A stretch of 64,000 nt of DNA, taken from contig JAAUZU010000032.1 in assembly GCA_014804445.1 (NCBI GenBank), positions 9,540-73,539 of the forward strand, in the 5' to 3' direction. The first letter of the stretch is position 1, and every line of letters begins with the position of its first letter. Below, piece by piece: positions 49,048-59,346 of this stretch. This stretch comes from Lachnospiraceae bacterium (lineage in GTDB: Bacteria > Bacillota > Clostridia > Lachnospirales > Lachnospiraceae). Position numbers and translations under genes: made by a program. The notes beneath the pieces are model-generated. The model saw only the letters and a list, made by a program, of their open reading frames with translations, was not told the origin of the DNA and ran no database searches.

Positions 49048-50136
49048 ATGAATATAAAATATCCTGACTATCGCAACTGCATAGCCAACCTTGCCTGTTC
49101 AATTCTGCAATATTACGAAGTAACCCCACCCAATCCCACATTGCCGCAAGCCGATGCCCTTCTGCAAAAGGATTACAAAAATGTTGTACTGCTTCTGCTT
49201 GACGGTATGGGAATCAATATTCTGCAAAAACATCTTTTGGAAGATGGTTTTTTCCACAGGCATCTGAAATCGGTATATTCCTCGACATTTCCGCCCACGA
49301 CGGTAGCCGCGACCACCGCCGTTGACAGCGGTCTGTTTCCCAATCAGTCCGGCTGGCTCGGATGGACGGGATATTTTGATAAAATAGACAGAAATATTAT
49401 TTATTTTTTCAGCATCGATGACGATACGGGAGAACAGATGGATTACAATGTGGCGCATACCTATGTTCCCTATGAAAGCGTTCGTGACAAAATTAAAAAA
49501 TCCGGTGCCGACGCTCATTATCTTGCACCATTTGTGGAGCCTTATCCCAAAAGCTACGCCACTTTCTGCGAGGAAATCAAGCGGCTCTGCGACATGGACG
49601 GCCGCAAATACATATACGCTTACTGGGACGAACCGGATGCCACAATGCACAAAAACGGCGTTGACGGAGACGATATACGACAAATTCTTGTCGATATTGA
49701 AAAAATTACAGAGCAGCTTGCAGGCGGACTGCAGGATACCCTTTTGCTTATTACGGCTGACCACGGACATATTAATGTCAAAAATGAATCATTAACCGAC
49801 TATCCGGATATTACGGAATGCCTTGTCCGTATGCCTTCCATAGAAATGCGGGCGCTCAATTTCTTTATCAAAGACGGCATGAAAGAACAATTTTCTCAGA
49901 CTTTCAACAGACATTTCAGCGAAAGCTTTCTGCTGCTTTCAAAAGAAGAGCTTATGAAAAAACAGCTTTTTGGCTACGGAAATAACCACGCTGAACTGGA
50001 TAGCATGCTTGGCGACTACCTTGCCGTCGCAATCGGCGATATTTCTATCGGCAACGTGCCAAACCATTTTAAGGGCAATCACGCCGGTCTTACCACAGAG
50101 GAGATGGAAATTCCTCTGATTGCCATTACACGATAA
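49048..50136 (+). CDS. Alkaline phosphatase superfamily phosphodiesterase/nucleotide pyrophosphatase
   Basis: LLLDGMG, FPPTT, EPDATMH, TADHGH, HAGLT. Confidence 0.88.
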   Translation: MNIKYPDYRNCIANLACSILQYYEVTPPNPTLPQADALLQKDYKNVVLLLLDGMGINILQKHLLEDGFFHRHLKSVYSSTFPPTTVAATTAVDSGLFPNQSGWLGWTGYFDKIDRNIIYFFSIDDDTGEQMDYNVAHTYVPYESVRDKIKKSGADAHYLAPFVEPYPKSYATFCEEIKRLCDMDGRKYIYAYWDEPDATMHKNGVDGDDIRQILVDIEKITEQLAGGLQDTLLLITADHGHINVKNESLTDYPDITECLVRMPSIEMRALNFFIKDGMKEQFSQTFNRHFSESFLLLSKEELMKKQLFGYGNNHAELDSMLGDYLAVAIGDISIGNVPNHFKGNHAGLTTEEMEIPLIAITR

Positions 50137-50168
50137 CAGCAGAGTCCAGTCAAAGGGAGGCAATTTCT

Positions 50169-50585
50169 ATGACACGTATCAAAAAAGAATCTTCTACGGA
50201 AAAGAAGAAATATACCCTACAGCAGTGCGGCTGCATCTACTTGCTGGTAAACTGCATCTTTCTGCTTCCCACCGTACTGATTAGACCGCTTCTTGTCCCA
50301 TTATTCGAGATGCTGTATCACCATCTCCCGAATTTTGCCCTCAGGATTTTGGATGGTATCGGCATGGTCTTTTTAGTTTGGTGGATACCACTCATTTTCT
50401 ACTACCTTCTCAGACTGATGTATCTGCATTTTGTATTATCGCTTGGCTTTTTGGGATTTTCCATATATAAGCTGACCAAAGAGAAAAATATGAAGTTATT
50501 TTTATGGATTCTTCTCCTGACGATAGTTTCCGCCGCGTTTAATTTTTACTGGCTGACACACGGCGGACCCTACACCGTTGTATAA
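50169..50585 (+). CDS. Hypothetical membrane protein
   Basis: GGGAGG RBS, about four hydrophobic segments. Confidence 0.7.
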   Translation: MTRIKKESSTEKKKYTLQQCGCIYLLVNCIFLLPTVLIRPLLVPLFEMLYHHLPNFALRILDGIGMVFLVWWIPLIFYYLLRLMYLHFVLSLGFLGFSIYKLTKEKNMKLFLWILLLTIVSAAFNFYWLTHGGPYTVV

Positions 50586-50594
50586 GAAACGATA

Positions 50595-50630
50595 AAAACC
50601 TGTCCTCAAACGCGCCTGAGGACAGGTTTT
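50595..50630. terminator. Bidirectional terminator
   Basis: AAAACCTGTCCTCA...TGAGGACAGGTTTT. Confidence 0.8.
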
Positions 50631-50633
50631 CTG

Positions 50634-51827
50634 TTACTTCTGCATACTCTGTATTGTATCTATAATTTGTTTTGCCACTTCTTCCTTGCTCATAATGGGA
50701 AGCTCTTTTGCGCTATCTTTTGTGATGAGCGTTACGATATTGGTGTCCGTGCCGAAGCCCGCGCCTGCCTGTTTGACATTGTTGGCGACTATCATATCCA
50801 CATGCTTTTTCTCCAGCTTGGCACGGGAGTTTTCCAGCATGTTTTCCGTCTCCATGGAAAAGCCGCAGAGGAATTGCCCCTCCCTGCGATTGTTCCCCAA
50901 AAACTGCAGGATATCCTCGGTGCGCTCTAAAGCAATTGACAGTTCCGTGTCCTTTTTCTTTATCTTTTCATCGGATACCTCCACAGGGCGGTAATCCGCC
51001 ACCGCTGCCGCCTTGATAATAATGTCCTGTTCTTTATAACAAGCTTTCACAGCATCCGCCATATCCTTTGCGGAAACGATATCGACAATTTTAACAAAGG
51101 AAGGCTTCGGCGTCTCCGTTTTGCCCGTGATTAGCGTTACTTCTGCGCCTCTCTGCATACAATGCTTTGCTATGGCATAGCCCATCTTGCCGGTGGAGTG
51201 GTTGGTAATATAGCGGACAGGATCTAATTTTTCCATGGTGGGTCCGGCTGTTACAAGCACCTTCTTTCCCGCCAAATCCTTTTCATACGCCACTTCCCGC
51301 AAAATATATTCCAAAAGCACCTGCTCGGAGGGCATTTTGCCTGCGCCAACGTCCCCGCACGCCAAATAGCCCGTATCCGGCGTAATAACCTCCATGCCGT
51401 AATGTACAAGCTTTTTGATGTTGTCCTGCACAACAGGATTTTCATACATATGGGTATTCATGGCGGGCGATACAATTTTTTTACAAGTGCACGCCATCAC
51501 CGTAGTAGTCAGCATATCATCCGCAATACCATTCGCCAGCTTGCCGATGACATTGGCGGACGCCGGCGCCACCAGCACTACATCCGTGCTCTTTGCCAGC
51601 GAAACATGCTCCACACTGTACTGAAAATTCCTGTCAAAGGTATCAATCAGACATTTGTTGCCGGTCAGCGTTTCAAAGGTAATGGGGTTGATAAAATTTG
51701 TCGCATTCTGCGTCATCAGCACAGTGATATTGGCGTGAAGCTTTTTTAACATGCTCGCCAGATTGGCAATCTTATACGCCGCAATACTGCCCGTCACCGC
51801 CAATACAATATTTTTCCCTTCCAGCAT
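50634..51827 (-). CDS. coaBC: Phosphopantothenoylcysteine decarboxylase/synthetase
   Basis: TGSIAAYK, PAMNTHM, VTAGPT..DPVRYITNHSTGKMG, AAVADY. Confidence 0.95.
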   Translation of the reverse strand: MLEGKNIVLAVTGSIAAYKIANLASMLKKLHANITVLMTQNATNFINPITFETLTGNKCLIDTFDRNFQYSVEHVSLAKSTDVVLVAPASANVIGKLANGIADDMLTTTVMACTCKKIVSPAMNTHMYENPVVQDNIKKLVHYGMEVITPDTGYLACGDVGAGKMPSEQVLLEYILREVAYEKDLAGKKVLVTAGPTMEKLDPVRYITNHSTGKMGYAIAKHCMQRGAEVTLITGKTETPKPSFVKIVDIVSAKDMADAVKACYKEQDIIIKAAAVADYRPVEVSDEKIKKKDTELSIALERTEDILQFLGNNRREGQFLCGFSMETENMLENSRAKLEKKHVDMIVANNVKQAGAGFGTDTNIVTLITKDSAKELPIMSKEEVAKQIIDTIQSMQK

Positions 51828-51856
51828 AATTTCTCTCCTTACCTATTATTGCTTTG

Positions 51857-52057
51857 GGTAATTGCGAAACTCACCTTTGCCTGTTTCGAATTGTGCACAT
51901 GATATATTCCATAAGCAGACCTTTGCTTACCGCCGGCACTTAGCGAGGTTTTTTCGAGCTTAGTACCGCTGCGGTAAGCTCGGAGCGAGAGCGCGTCTGC
52001 GTTGGAATATACCATGCGCACAATGACAACAGCATATTTCTGAGTTTCGCAATCACC
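51857..52057 (-). repeat. Structured interspersed palindromic element, copy 2
   Basis: 17-bp near-perfect terminal IR GGT(A/G)ATTGCGAAACTCA plus nested stems; homologous to 45390-45620. Confidence 0.85.
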
Positions 52058-52062
52058 TATTC

Positions 52063-52725
52063 CTACGCTTTGGCGGCAGACGCTGTATCCTTGCGCACCT
52101 GCGGCATAACCTTTAGCAGCACTACACTGACAGCCGTACCGATAATCACTGCCACGATGGCTTCCGGTATGCCGTTTGCCGCAATAATTCCCAGAATAAC
52201 GTCATATACCGCGTCAATCGCAACGTTCTTCGCTGCTGCCAGTTCTTCTTTAAAGCAGAAATAAATCAAATTCATAACCAACAAAGTATTCGTAAAAGCA
52301 CCCAGCGCTGCTGCCACAGGAATGGCAACCATCCTGCGTCCCTTGAAATTTTTAAGCAGCTTTTCTATGCCTTTGTAAACAAAGTAGGGAACAACACCGA
52401 CCAGAATCCTGGGAACCAGCGCAATGACAACGCTCCAGCCATTGCCGCCTATGCCACCCACCGAGTAGAACGGGGAAAAAGCAAAAGACAAAAGGCTTGG
52501 CTCTAAGGTGTTTTTTATCAGACTTGTGAGACCAAACACCCCTCCTAATACCGCTCCGATTTTCGGTCCAAGTACAATGGATCCGACGATCACCGGTACA
52601 TGGAGCAGCGTCGCCTTGATGATAATGAGATTAATGTAACCCACATTAGGTACGAAAGTCATGACAACAATAATTGCAATAAAAAGCGCCGTCACAACCA
52701 TGTTAAAAGTTTTTTTACTATTCAT
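52063..52725 (-). CDS. panT: ECF transporter S component, PanT-like (pantothenate)
   Basis: ATLLHVPVI, VPRILVG, TNTLLV, NGIPEA; adjacent to coaBC. Confidence 0.8.
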   Translation of the reverse strand: MNSKKTFNMVVTALFIAIIVVMTFVPNVGYINLIIIKATLLHVPVIVGSIVLGPKIGAVLGGVFGLTSLIKNTLEPSLLSFAFSPFYSVGGIGGNGWSVVIALVPRILVGVVPYFVYKGIEKLLKNFKGRRMVAIPVAAALGAFTNTLLVMNLIYFCFKEELAAAKNVAIDAVYDVILGIIAANGIPEAIVAVIIGTAVSVVLLKVMPQVRKDTASAAKA

Positions 52726-52851
52726 TTTTGTTTCCTCCTGTTATCATTCTCTTTTTTAAGAGATACAATACGCTTAAAAAATAGCATGATATTAATAAAA
52801 AGTAAATAGGAGGAGCAAAAGTTTTGCAAATTTATGCAGATTTACAGCAAG

Positions 52852-53754
52852 TCACGCCTTTTCAAAACAATACTCAACCCGCAATTTCCCCTCTGCAACC
52901 TCTGCCTCTACGCTTCCTCCCATAGCTTCCGTCAGAAGCTTTGAGATGGTCAGTCCGAGACCGGTGCTCTGGCTGGTGCGGGATTTTTCCTGTACATAAA
53001 AACGTTCAAACAGGTGGGCTGCGTCTTCCGGCTTCAGTGCCGACGTATCGTTTTCAAACACAATGCTGATGTTATCTTTCTTTGCCGAAATACCAATATA
53101 AAGGCTGCTTTCTGCATAGCGCAGGGCGTTTTGCAGCATATTGTTGAAGATTCGTTCTAACGCGCCGGTATCAGCCGGAAGATAAAGCGGTTCTTCGGGC
53201 GCGTCAAACTGTACGGAAATTTTTTTCTTTTCAAATTCCTGATAAAAGAGAAGGCTTATTTCTTTGGCAAAATGTACAAGCTCCACCTTCTCCATATTCA
53301 GGTGATAGTCATTCATCTCCAGACGGGACAAATCATAGAAATTGCCGATAAGTCCCTGCAGGCTTTTTGCTTTTTTGCTCACACGCTCTATCGCCGCCGC
53401 GTCCTCCGCACTCAGCTCATCCGTGTCCAGAAGCTCCAGATAACCGATGATAGCCGTCAAAGGCGTGCGCAAATCGTGACTGATATTTTCAATCTGTGCG
53501 CGCAGCGCTTTTTCCCTATTTTGATAAAAAATTCTTTCTTTTCTTGTCAAAAGAATGTAGCGGTTTAAATTCTCCAGCAGATTCTCCAGTCCTTTGTCCG
53601 GAAAAGAAAGAAGCAGAATCCGGTTATCTTCCGGATTCTGTTCTATCGACGCAAACTCTTCTGCTGACTTTTTTACAGCAGACTTCAGGCTGTAAAAACG
53701 CACTATATAGATAACGGCAGCCAAAGCCGCTATTGTAAAAAGCAACCAACCCAT
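52852..53754 (-). CDS. Sensor histidine kinase (intramembrane-sensing type)
   Basis: SHDLRTPLT, NMLQNALRY, TGLGL. Confidence 0.9.
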   Translation of the reverse strand: MGWLLFTIAALAAVIYIVRFYSLKSAVKKSAEEFASIEQNPEDNRILLLSFPDKGLENLLENLNRYILLTRKERIFYQNREKALRAQIENISHDLRTPLTAIIGYLELLDTDELSAEDAAAIERVSKKAKSLQGLIGNFYDLSRLEMNDYHLNMEKVELVHFAKEISLLFYQEFEKKKISVQFDAPEEPLYLPADTGALERIFNNMLQNALRYAESSLYIGISAKKDNISIVFENDTSALKPEDAAHLFERFYVQEKSRTSQSTGLGLTISKLLTEAMGGSVEAEVAEGKLRVEYCFEKA

Positions 53755-53791
53755 ATGTCATTTCCTTTCCCGCCGTTATCTGACGATTGCG

Positions 53792-54589
53792 TCATTTTAT
53801 TTCTTTATGCCTCAGCCCCACAACACCCCATATCAGGAATATTGCAATTCCGATCACACCTGCAAGAATCATTCTAGTCAGTCCGTCCCTCGTCATCCAT
53901 GCCATGACCACTTCTCTTGCCATCCCGTCCTCGGTCATGATAATCTGATTGTCCTGCAATACTTCATATACCAGCCACTTGGAAAGTCTGGCAAAAAAAT
54001 CAAACTTCTTCCCCATCATTCCCAAAATTTCGGACACCATGGGGACACCTATCATAAGTCCAAACCAAGACCAAATGGCTCCTGTCGTCGTTCCGAGCAA
54101 AAAGCAAAATGTAATGGCCGCAATTTCCCCTGTAAGCAGGGCCGGTATGCTTGCTCCGATTCCCCGAAACATTTTAAGCAAAACATCTATGCCGCTGTTT
54201 TCCAACAGCAGATACGCACTTATAATAAAAATACCCAGTACAGCCGCCAGCGCAGCAGCGGACACAATCGCCCCTACCAAAATCTTGCCGAAATACAGAG
54301 AAATCCGCGAATACCCAAAGGCAATACTGTTGGAAATTGTTTTGTTTTTGTATTCGTCTGCAAAAATAATACTGCCCATGCACAGTGTCAGGAAAAAGAC
54401 CGAGTTCAACGCACTCCACACCATACTAAAGACAAACCCTGTATTGTTGTAGGCAAAATGACCTCCTTGCCCAAAAAGATGCAACACTACATTCATACTC
54501 AAAAGCAGCAACGCGCAGATTCCTGACAAAATATAAATTCCTTTAGAATGTACTATCCTGTATAATTCACTTTTCATATAATTCATCAT
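53792..54589 (-). CDS. ABC transporter permease (bacitracin/lantibiotic resistance-like)
   Basis: DEYKNKTI..GYSR motif, six TM. Confidence 0.82.
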   Translation of the reverse strand: MMNYMKSELYRIVHSKGIYILSGICALLLLSMNVVLHLFGQGGHFAYNNTGFVFSMVWSALNSVFFLTLCMGSIIFADEYKNKTISNSIAFGYSRISLYFGKILVGAIVSAAALAAVLGIFIISAYLLLENSGIDVLLKMFRGIGASIPALLTGEIAAITFCFLLGTTTGAIWSWFGLMIGVPMVSEILGMMGKKFDFFARLSKWLVYEVLQDNQIIMTEDGMAREVVMAWMTRDGLTRMILAGVIGIAIFLIWGVVGLRHKEIK

Positions 54590-55542
54590 AATGTCACACC
54601 CCATTCCTGCGAATCGTCGGTCTGATTTTCCGCACCGATTAAATTCATGTAATAGTTTTCCAGATTAATTTCTTTCATCTCAAAGGCAAGCAGCCCGATA
54701 TCATGTTTCACCGCCAGCGCGCTGTAATCGCTGACCCTGTCCACATGCTCCAAAATATGGATGCAGTTGCCGGGCAGCACTTTGTATTTGCTGCACAAAA
54801 GCTCTGTCTCAAGCAGCGCGGCATAAGCCGCCGCATCCGTAACTTTGACCTCCAGAAAGGTACGGCATTTTTCCTTGAGCCTTTCCGCAGTCACTTCCTC
54901 CACCAGTTCGCCCTTGTTCAAAAAACCATAATCGGTAGCAATATTCTCCAGTTCTGTCAGAATATGGCTGGAAATCAGGATGGTAACATTTTTTTCTCTA
55001 TTCAGTTTTAACAACAGATTTCGGATTTCAATAATGCCCGAAGGGTCAAGTCCGTTAATCGGCTCGTCTAAAATCAGAAACTCCGGCTCTCCCATCAGGG
55101 CAAGCGCAAGTCCGAGACGCTGCTTCATACCCAGCGACAAATTTTCAAACTTCTTTTTTGCCGCATGTTCCAGACCGACCATCCTCAACATTTCATCCAC
55201 AATTTCCTTGCCCGGAATGCCCCTCTGTATACGGTAATATTCCAGATTCTGCTTTGCAGTCAGTTTGGGATAAAAGCCCGGATTTTCAATGATGGCGCCC
55301 GTCTGCCTCCGCACCTTCCGATATCCTGCCTCATTGTCTTCGCCCAACAGCGTAAAAGTTCCGCTGTCCGCTCTTGTCTGTCCGGTTAAAACCTTTAAAA
55401 AAGTTGTCTTGCCGGCTCCGTTATTGCCGACCAAGCCGTAAATGCTTCCTTTTTTTACAGTAATGTTTACATCCTTCAGCGCTGCTGTTTCGCCATATCG
55501 CTTATTCAGCTTTTGGGATTTTACAACAAATTCTAAACTCAT
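54586..55542 (-). CDS. ABC ATP-binding subunit, BcrA-like
   Basis: GNNGAGKT, SLGMKQRLG, LDEPINGLDP. Confidence 0.9.
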   Translation of the reverse strand: MSLEFVVKSQKLNKRYGETAALKDVNITVKKGSIYGLVGNNGAGKTTFLKVLTGQTRADSGTFTLLGEDNEAGYRKVRRQTGAIIENPGFYPKLTAKQNLEYYRIQRGIPGKEIVDEMLRMVGLEHAAKKKFENLSLGMKQRLGLALALMGEPEFLILDEPINGLDPSGIIEIRNLLLKLNREKNVTILISSHILTELENIATDYGFLNKGELVEEVTAERLKEKCRTFLEVKVTDAAAYAALLETELLCSKYKVLPGNCIHILEHVDRVSDYSALAVKHDIGLLAFEMKEINLENYYMNLIGAENQTDDSQEWGVTL

Positions 55543-55676
55543 CTCTTCCTCCATTCCAAAGACTTATGTGTGAATCCACACTTTCCTCCCGGTTATGTAC
55601 CAAGCATACCCTTTACACTGTAAATAAGTCCTTTAGAAAGTTTAAAGAAATCGTAAAGTTTGCTTTTTATCACCTT

Positions 55677-56387
55677 TTACGCCATTTTAAACCCGATGCC
55701 CCATACCGTCTTTATGTATTCCTCTCCGTCTGCGGCGGCAATCTTTTTGCGAAGGTTGCTGACATGCACGTTTACGGTATTATCTTCCCCATAATAGCCG
55801 CCCTGCCAGACCTGTTCATACAGACTTTCCCGTGAATATACCTTTGACGGATTCTGCATCAACAGATAGAGAATGTCGAACTCATGCCCTGTCAGGGCGA
55901 GCGGCTGACCGTCCACCTTCACCTCCCGCGCTTCGGGATAAAGTGCCAGCTTTTTATAATGGATGGGCTGCTGCCTGTCAGCACCACCCATATGCCGCCT
56001 GTATCTTCTGAGCGCACCATTTACCCTTGCGATTACCTCTTCCTTTTCAAAGGGCTTTATCAAGTAATCGTCCGCGCCTGCATTCAAAACCTGAACCTTG
56101 TCCTCAAGGGCTGTTTTCGCAGAAATAACAATCAGTGGAATGTCGCTTCTTTCCCTGATTTCACGGATAAGCTCCTCTCCCATAACGCCCGGCAGCATCA
56201 AATCGAGAAGTATCAGGTCATATTCTTTTGATATGCCGCCCTCTTCTGCACCCGCAAAAAGCCGCAGCTCCGCCTCGCTTCCGGAAAACGCCGAAACCGT
56301 CTCATAGCCCTGACTCTTCATAATCCTTGCCAATATCTGATTGATATCTGCGTCATCCTCCACAATCAGGATTTTCGTATCTGCCAT
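55677..56387 (-). CDS. OmpR-family response regulator
   Basis: ILIVEDD, LDLMLP, ADDYLIKPF, KTVWGIGF; true start MADTK after AAAGGGAG. Confidence 0.92.
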   Translation of the reverse strand: MADTKILIVEDDADINQILARIMKSQGYETVSAFSGSEAELRLFAGAEEGGISKEYDLILLDLMLPGVMGEELIREIRERSDIPLIVISAKTALEDKVQVLNAGADDYLIKPFEKEEVIARVNGALRRYRRHMGGADRQQPIHYKKLALYPEAREVKVDGQPLALTGHEFDILYLLMQNPSKVYSRESLYEQVWQGGYYGEDNTVNVHVSNLRKKIAAADGEEYIKTVWGIGFKMA

Positions 56388-56392
56388 GCTTC

Positions 56393-58156
56393 TTACTCCC
56401 TTTCCTGCCGCCGCAGCCACTCGCCCAGTCCCAGTACAATAAACATCTGCGATATATTCATAATCTGCTGAAAGCTGAAAATATTGTTTATGGTATAGCT
56501 GAAAATAGCAAGACCACATGCCATACAGAGCGCACGGCCCGCTCTTGTCCGCAGAAAACGCACGATCGCGCTCACTATCATGCCTGCAAAGCCAAAAAGA
56601 CCAATGATGCCCAGATTGGCGAGAATCGTAATCCACTCTCCATGGGCATTTGTCAGTCTGCTGTTGCCAAACTGCGACCGAACCATGTCAAGCAGCCCGC
56701 TGTCGGGCCCCTTATAAATATATTCCGCCATACCATCCGGTCCGATTCCCACTACTTTGTGCAGCGAATCCAATGAAGACCACGCGCGGATACCGGCTTT
56801 CCATGTACCGCCCCTGCCGCTTCCCCACTCTCTGTTAAAGGTAAAAAGCGGATTTTCGGAAAGCGCGCCTATGCTCCCCGGATGCAGGGTATTGACTACA
56901 ACCATAACAATAAATGACACTAGTATCAATCCAATCAAACCCATAAATATGTACCAGCCCCGTCGAATACCCTTTTCATACCGTTTTGCTCTCCGCCCCT
57001 CACTCGTACTCTCTTCAGCGCTCTTACCATCCTCTGTCTGCCCAACCGAAAACAGCTTCTTTCTCAGCCACAAATACATGCACAGTAATACAATACCTGA
57101 CACCCAGGGCAGCATCGTCTTTGTCAAAGCATATGACACCAGCGTCATATATTGATTCCGTTCCGGAAAGAGCAGTTGCACCACGGACAACGCACAAGCC
57201 GTTCCGCAAAAAAGCAAGAGCAATTCCAGAAAATTCTGAAGCCTCTCGCGCTTTCTCACTGCAAGCGTCCCAATAAGCAGAATCACCGCAACCAGTGCCA
57301 GTGCACCGCTGTCGCTTCCCTGCGTAATGCCGGTGGCAAAACCCACCGCAGCAGCACAGCCCAAAACAGCACGAATCGCTCTGTTCCTCGTTTTATTTCC
57401 TTCTTTTCGTCTATAAAACACAAAGCAGCCGGCCGCAACAGGATATAACACCGACCAGTAACCGCAGTACCAGTTGATATTGCCGATGGTTGAAATAAAG
57501 CCCGGTCCAATTGACATAATTCCCAGCGGATTCACACCATAGCGGTTTAAAAGCCCGAGCAAAAACACCAAGAATGGAACCACGATGAGAACACCCGCCG
57601 TCCATTTTGCCGCCCATTTCGGCAACAATCTGGAAACGGCAAAATAGGAGCCAAGCATAAGAAGCTGCGGCAGAAAGCCCATGTACCACCCCGATGTCCC
57701 CAGACGCAGCACGGTCCTGTAATTGGTGTAATAATAAGATAAAAATACGCCTATCGCATACACAATGGCAAACTTATCCGTCAGCGACATTTCATCCAGC
57801 AAATAGTTTAAAAGAATCGAAAATTTCCCTTTTTCCCCCTTGTTTTCTACAAAAAAGCAAAGCAGGACAAATACCACATAAAAAATAAAAATATAGAGAA
57901 ATGCCTTTCCGATGGCAAAGCCTTTATTCATAAAAAAATCCGACTTGTTTGTTCCGATATAAACATAACCCGTTTCCTTTTCAAAATAAAACGGCAGAAA
58001 CACAAGCATACAGATAAGGTACACAACCGTCACAAGTTGAAGCAGAAGCCGCAGAACTGTCCGGCAGAGCTCCGGTATGCTCATCTCCCCGATTTGTACT
58101 TTTACTTCCCGCTTCTTTTTTTCCCAGTCCCGATACAAGTCTTTTACTTTATACAT
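56393..58156 (-). CDS. O-antigen ligase/Wzy_C-like polytopic membrane protein
   Basis: STIGNIN, GSGRG, GIGPD, NAHGEW..LGIIG. Confidence 0.78.
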   Translation of the reverse strand: MYKVKDLYRDWEKKKREVKVQIGEMSIPELCRTVLRLLLQLVTVVYLICMLVFLPFYFEKETGYVYIGTNKSDFFMNKGFAIGKAFLYIFIFYVVFVLLCFFVENKGEKGKFSILLNYLLDEMSLTDKFAIVYAIGVFLSYYYTNYRTVLRLGTSGWYMGFLPQLLMLGSYFAVSRLLPKWAAKWTAGVLIVVPFLVFLLGLLNRYGVNPLGIMSIGPGFISTIGNINWYCGYWSVLYPVAAGCFVFYRRKEGNKTRNRAIRAVLGCAAAVGFATGITQGSDSGALALVAVILLIGTLAVRKRERLQNFLELLLLFCGTACALSVVQLLFPERNQYMTLVSYALTKTMLPWVSGIVLLCMYLWLRKKLFSVGQTEDGKSAEESTSEGRRAKRYEKGIRRGWYIFMGLIGLILVSFIVMVVVNTLHPGSIGALSENPLFTFNREWGSGRGGTWKAGIRAWSSLDSLHKVVGIGPDGMAEYIYKGPDSGLLDMVRSQFGNSRLTNAHGEWITILANLGIIGLFGFAGMIVSAIVRFLRTRAGRALCMACGLAIFSYTINNIFSFQQIMNISQMFIVLGLGEWLRRQERE

Positions 58157-58194
58157 GGCCCTTTACACTGCTCCCGTAGCTGTCCGATATAATT

Positions 58195-59271
58195 TCATTC
58201 CTTATCATAATGCATTTGTTTCGCGTCGTCAACATAACGCCCATACGCCGCGTAAATCTGCATAATCAGGACAAGCCCAATCGGCCCTTTTACAATTCCC
58301 CACAGCCCGAACAGCTTAAGACCCGCATAAACTGCTATCAGAATGGCAACCGGATAAACGCCCACTTTCTGCCCAATCAGTTTCGGCTCCAGAAATTCCC
58401 GCAGCAGCGCACATACAATATAAATAATGACGCAGACTGCCGCCTTCCAGTAAAAGCCGGAAAAGAGCTGCCATATGGCAAGCGGAATCAACACAATACC
58501 GGTGCCGATAAAGGGAAGCGCATCCAGTATGCCGGCCAGAATACCAAACCATACACCGTTTTGTACGCCTGTGAAAAAAAGACTGAGAGAACAAATTGCT
58601 GCAATGGACAGCATAATAATAACCTGCGCCTTGACAAAGGTTGCAATATACCGAAGAACGCGCAGTGCAATTTCCAATACGGTGCGGCTCCCTTCATGTG
58701 CTCCCATAAAAGAAAGAATCGCATCGTAATCTTTTGCCAGAAGCATAGTGGTAATCATGGTGACGGCAAGTATGCCGATAATGGACAATAACTGCCTGAT
58801 ATAAGTCCATGTGCTCCCCAGAAGTCCCGGAAGCACCTGTACCTGAAAATTTTCCACAAACACATCTATCTGCTCAATCAGAACCTGCTCCAGCCCTTCT
58901 GTGTTGATTCCCAGAAATCCGCCCACGCCGTCACAACAATCCGTCACAAACAACTGCACACTCTGCTGTACATCGTCCAGCCCTTCCACCCAGATGGGAA
59001 TTTTCTGCAAAAGCAGTGAACCGCCCATCCACACCAGAATAATCAGAATGCCGCAGAGCAGAAAGAGAATCACGCCCGCAAGGTACTGTTTTTTAATTTT
59101 TGTCTTTTTCTGGATATCGTCAAAAGTAGGATAACAAAAGGTCAGAAACATGCCCGCAATGATGATGGGTGTCAAAAGCGGACTGATAAACCGCAGAAAA
59201 AAATAGACCGCTCCTGTAATCAGAAGCAGTACTATATACTTGTTTTGAAAAATTTTGTTTTTTTCCTGCAT
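58195..59271 (-). CDS. AI-2E family transporter (YtvI-like)
   Basis: DALPFIGTG, EPKLIG..GVYP, GP. Confidence 0.88.
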   Translation of the reverse strand: MQEKNKIFQNKYIVLLLITGAVYFFLRFISPLLTPIIIAGMFLTFCYPTFDDIQKKTKIKKQYLAGVILFLLCGILIILVWMGGSLLLQKIPIWVEGLDDVQQSVQLFVTDCCDGVGGFLGINTEGLEQVLIEQIDVFVENFQVQVLPGLLGSTWTYIRQLLSIIGILAVTMITTMLLAKDYDAILSFMGAHEGSRTVLEIALRVLRYIATFVKAQVIIMLSIAAICSLSLFFTGVQNGVWFGILAGILDALPFIGTGIVLIPLAIWQLFSGFYWKAAVCVIIYIVCALLREFLEPKLIGQKVGVYPVAILIAVYAGLKLFGLWGIVKGPIGLVLIMQIYAAYGRYVDDAKQMHYDKE

Positions 59272-59346
59272 ACCAATCCCCTTCTTTCAAGGCAAAATAC
59301 TTACCCATATTTATTTCTGGAATTAGTATAGGATTTTTCAAAAATA

